Assembly (NCBI GenBank): GCA_031459535.1
Contig: JAVKIJ010000005.1
Span: forward strand, 1 to 64,000
DNA: 64,000 nt
Direction: 5' to 3'
Source of the DNA: Candidatus Fervidifonticultor quintus
GTDB taxonomy: Bacteria > Sysuimicrobiota > Sysuimicrobiia > Sysuimicrobiales > Humicultoraceae
The notes under the pieces are model-generated. The model ran no database searches, was not told where the DNA came from, and worked only from the letters and a program-made list of their open reading frames with translations. The first letter of the stretch is position 1. Every line of letters starts with the position of its first letter. Positions 62,526 to 64,000 of this stretch are shown here, in pieces. Both the position numbers and the translations under genes were made by a program.

Positions 62526-62999
62526 ATGCGTCGTGCCGAGACCGCTGTGGCCCTCCTACTCCTGGCAGGGTCGATCCTGCTGGCGCAGGAGGCACTGCGG
62601 CTGCCGGTTGCCTGGACCACGACCGGTCCGGGGTCGGGGTTCTTTCCCTTGGCGTTGTCCGTCGGCATGGCCTTCAACGCCGCTCTGATCTTGATCAAGA
62701 GCCTGCGGGTACCGCTGAACCCGGGAGCGCCGTTCATCCCGGTCGCGGCCCGCAGGCCGCTATTGATCGTGTCCCTGCCAATTGTGGCGGTGCTGGCCCT
62801 GATGAACGTCCTGGGCATCTACCTGGGCGGGGCGATCTACCTGGCGGGCTATATGCGACTCGTGGGCCACCACCGCTGGTCCCAGGTGGCGCTGGTCGCA
62901 GTGGGGATTCCCCTGGCACTCTTCTTGCTCTTCGAGCGCTGGTTTCTCCTCCCCCTGCCGAAGGGGTCAGTGCTTGAGCTGCTGCTCTACGGGCGGTAG
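62526..62999 (+). CDS. tctB: Tripartite tricarboxylate transporter small membrane subunit
   Basis: GPGSGFFP, four TM helices, FLLPLPKG. Confidence 0.88.
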   Translation: MRRAETAVALLLLAGSILLAQEALRLPVAWTTTGPGSGFFPLALSVGMAFNAALILIKSLRVPLNPGAPFIPVAARRPLLIVSLPIVAVLALMNVLGIYLGGAIYLAGYMRLVGHHRWSQVALVAVGIPLALFLLFERWFLLPLPKGSVLELLLYGR

Positions 63000-63002
63000 C
63001 CG

Positions 63003-64000
63003 ATGGCCTTCTTTGATGTCTTCCGCGACCTGGCATACGGTCTGGGGGTGGCTTTGGCCCCGACCAACATCACTATCGCCCTCATCGGGCTGGCACTCGG
63101 CACGGCCATCGGAGTGTTGCCCGGCCTGGGGGGAACCAACGGCATCGCGCTGCTGCTGCCCCTAACATTCAAGATGGCGCCCACGGCGGCCGTGATCCTG
63201 CTGGCCTCGGTGTATTGGGGCGCGATCTTCGGCGGTGCGATCACCTCCATCCTGTTCAACATTCCCGGGGAGCCCTGGTCAGTGGCCACGACGTTCGACG
63301 GCTATCCCCTGGCCAAGCAGGGCAAGCCTGGCGTGGCGCTGGCGGCGGCGTTCACCTCGTCGTTCATCGGCGCGCTGGTCTCCATCGTTCTGTTCACCTT
63401 CTTTGCGCCGCCGCTGGCCGACCTGGCGCTGAAGTTCGGACCACCTGAGAACTTCGCGGTCCTGCTGCTGGCATTCGCCACCTTTGCCGGCCTGGAGAGC
63501 GGCGATCCGGCCAAGACCATCCTGATGACCCTGCTGGGCCTGCTACTGGCCACGGTGGGATTCGACATCGTCACGGGGCAGCCGCGCATGAACTTCGGCT
63601 TCGTGGAACTCCAGGGCGGGGTCAGCTTCGTGGTCATCGCCATCGGCCTGTTCGGACTGGGCGAGATCTTCCTGACCGTCGAGGAAGGGTTGCGCCTGGA
63701 GGGGATCCGTGCGCGGCTTGGGTTGGGGGACGTGTGGGAGACGTGGAAGCTGCTCCCGCGGTACGTGGCGACCATGGTCCGCGCTACCATCCTGGGATTC
63801 TGGATCGGCGTGCTGCCTGGCACGGGAGCCACGCCGGCCTCGTTCATGAGCTACGGCCTGGCACGAAAGTTCAGCAGACACCCCGAGCGGTTCGGCAACG
63901 GGGAAGTGGAAGGGGTGGTGGCGCCGGAAACGGCGGCCCATGCCGCGGGCATCGGGGCGCTGCTGCCCATGGTGACACTGGGGATCCCGGGATCGCCCAC
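63003..64000 (+). CDS. tctA: Tripartite tricarboxylate transporter large membrane subunit (3' end outside window)
   Basis: From ATG 63003: GTAIGVLPGLGG, YWGAIFGGAITSILFNIPG, TTFDGYP, GVLPGTGAT, APETA, TLGIPGS; open to the window end. Confidence 0.93.
   Translation, partial: MAFFDVFRDLAYGLGVALAPTNITIALIGLALGTAIGVLPGLGGTNGIALLLPLTFKMAPTAAVILLASVYWGAIFGGAITSILFNIPGEPWSVATTFDGYPLAKQGKPGVALAAAFTSSFIGALVSIVLFTFFAPPLADLALKFGPPENFAVLLLAFATFAGLESGDPAKTILMTLLGLLLATVGFDIVTGQPRMNFGFVELQGGVSFVVIAIGLFGLGEIFLTVEEGLRLEGIRARLGLGDVWETWKLLPRYVATMVRATILGFWIGVLPGTGATPASFMSYGLARKFSRHPERFGNGEVEGVVAPETAAHAAGIGALLPMVTLGIPGSP

Overview
A GC-rich, gene-dense bacterial window dominated by redox and catabolic operons. 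All family assignments rest on motifs and sequence similarity recalled from memory, not on searches. (1) 273-6270 (-): FadR regulator, a Cdc48/VAT-type AAA+ ATPase with a degenerate second ATPase domain, and a three-subunit oxalate:ferredoxin oxidoreductase-like enzyme. (2) 6331-8445: a decayed IS630 element whose interior holds an intact exported heme protein gene. (3) 8442-14166: HxlR/YodB-yceI-catE stress unit, Tat-exported kelch protein, FAD amine oxidase, truncated ECF sigma factor, and an ArsM-like methyltransferase with an in-frame UGA plus SECIS-like hairpin (probable selenoprotein). (4) 14375-21997: truncated IS481, then mobA, TtrB-like, TtrA-like and moeA/mobB genes. The Fe-S subunit has cleanly lost one cluster, ends in CxxCH, and no membrane anchor gene is present. 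(5) 22207-28360: arsR-permease-thioredoxin, ADH, MEMO1, Usp, and a c-di-GMP-I riboswitch ahead of a REC-HD-GYP phosphodiesterase. (6) 28367-34721: an OmpR/BaeS-type two-component system with 11-bp tandem boxes upstream of exported and redox genes. (7) 35072-45455: GntR divergent from suyA, suyB, ALDH, sugar ABC transporter, fucose-isomerase-like protein and GH31, a candidate sulfosugar (sulfoquinovose-type) catabolic and desulfonation operon. (8) 45497-49688: class V PLP enzyme, HerA-like ATPase, mscL. (9) 49866-64000: AroM, M28 peptidase, enolase-superfamily enzyme, Opp transporter, FadR, a second OOR-like oxidoreductase, and TctCBA (runs off the window). No rRNA, tRNA or CRISPR array was seen.
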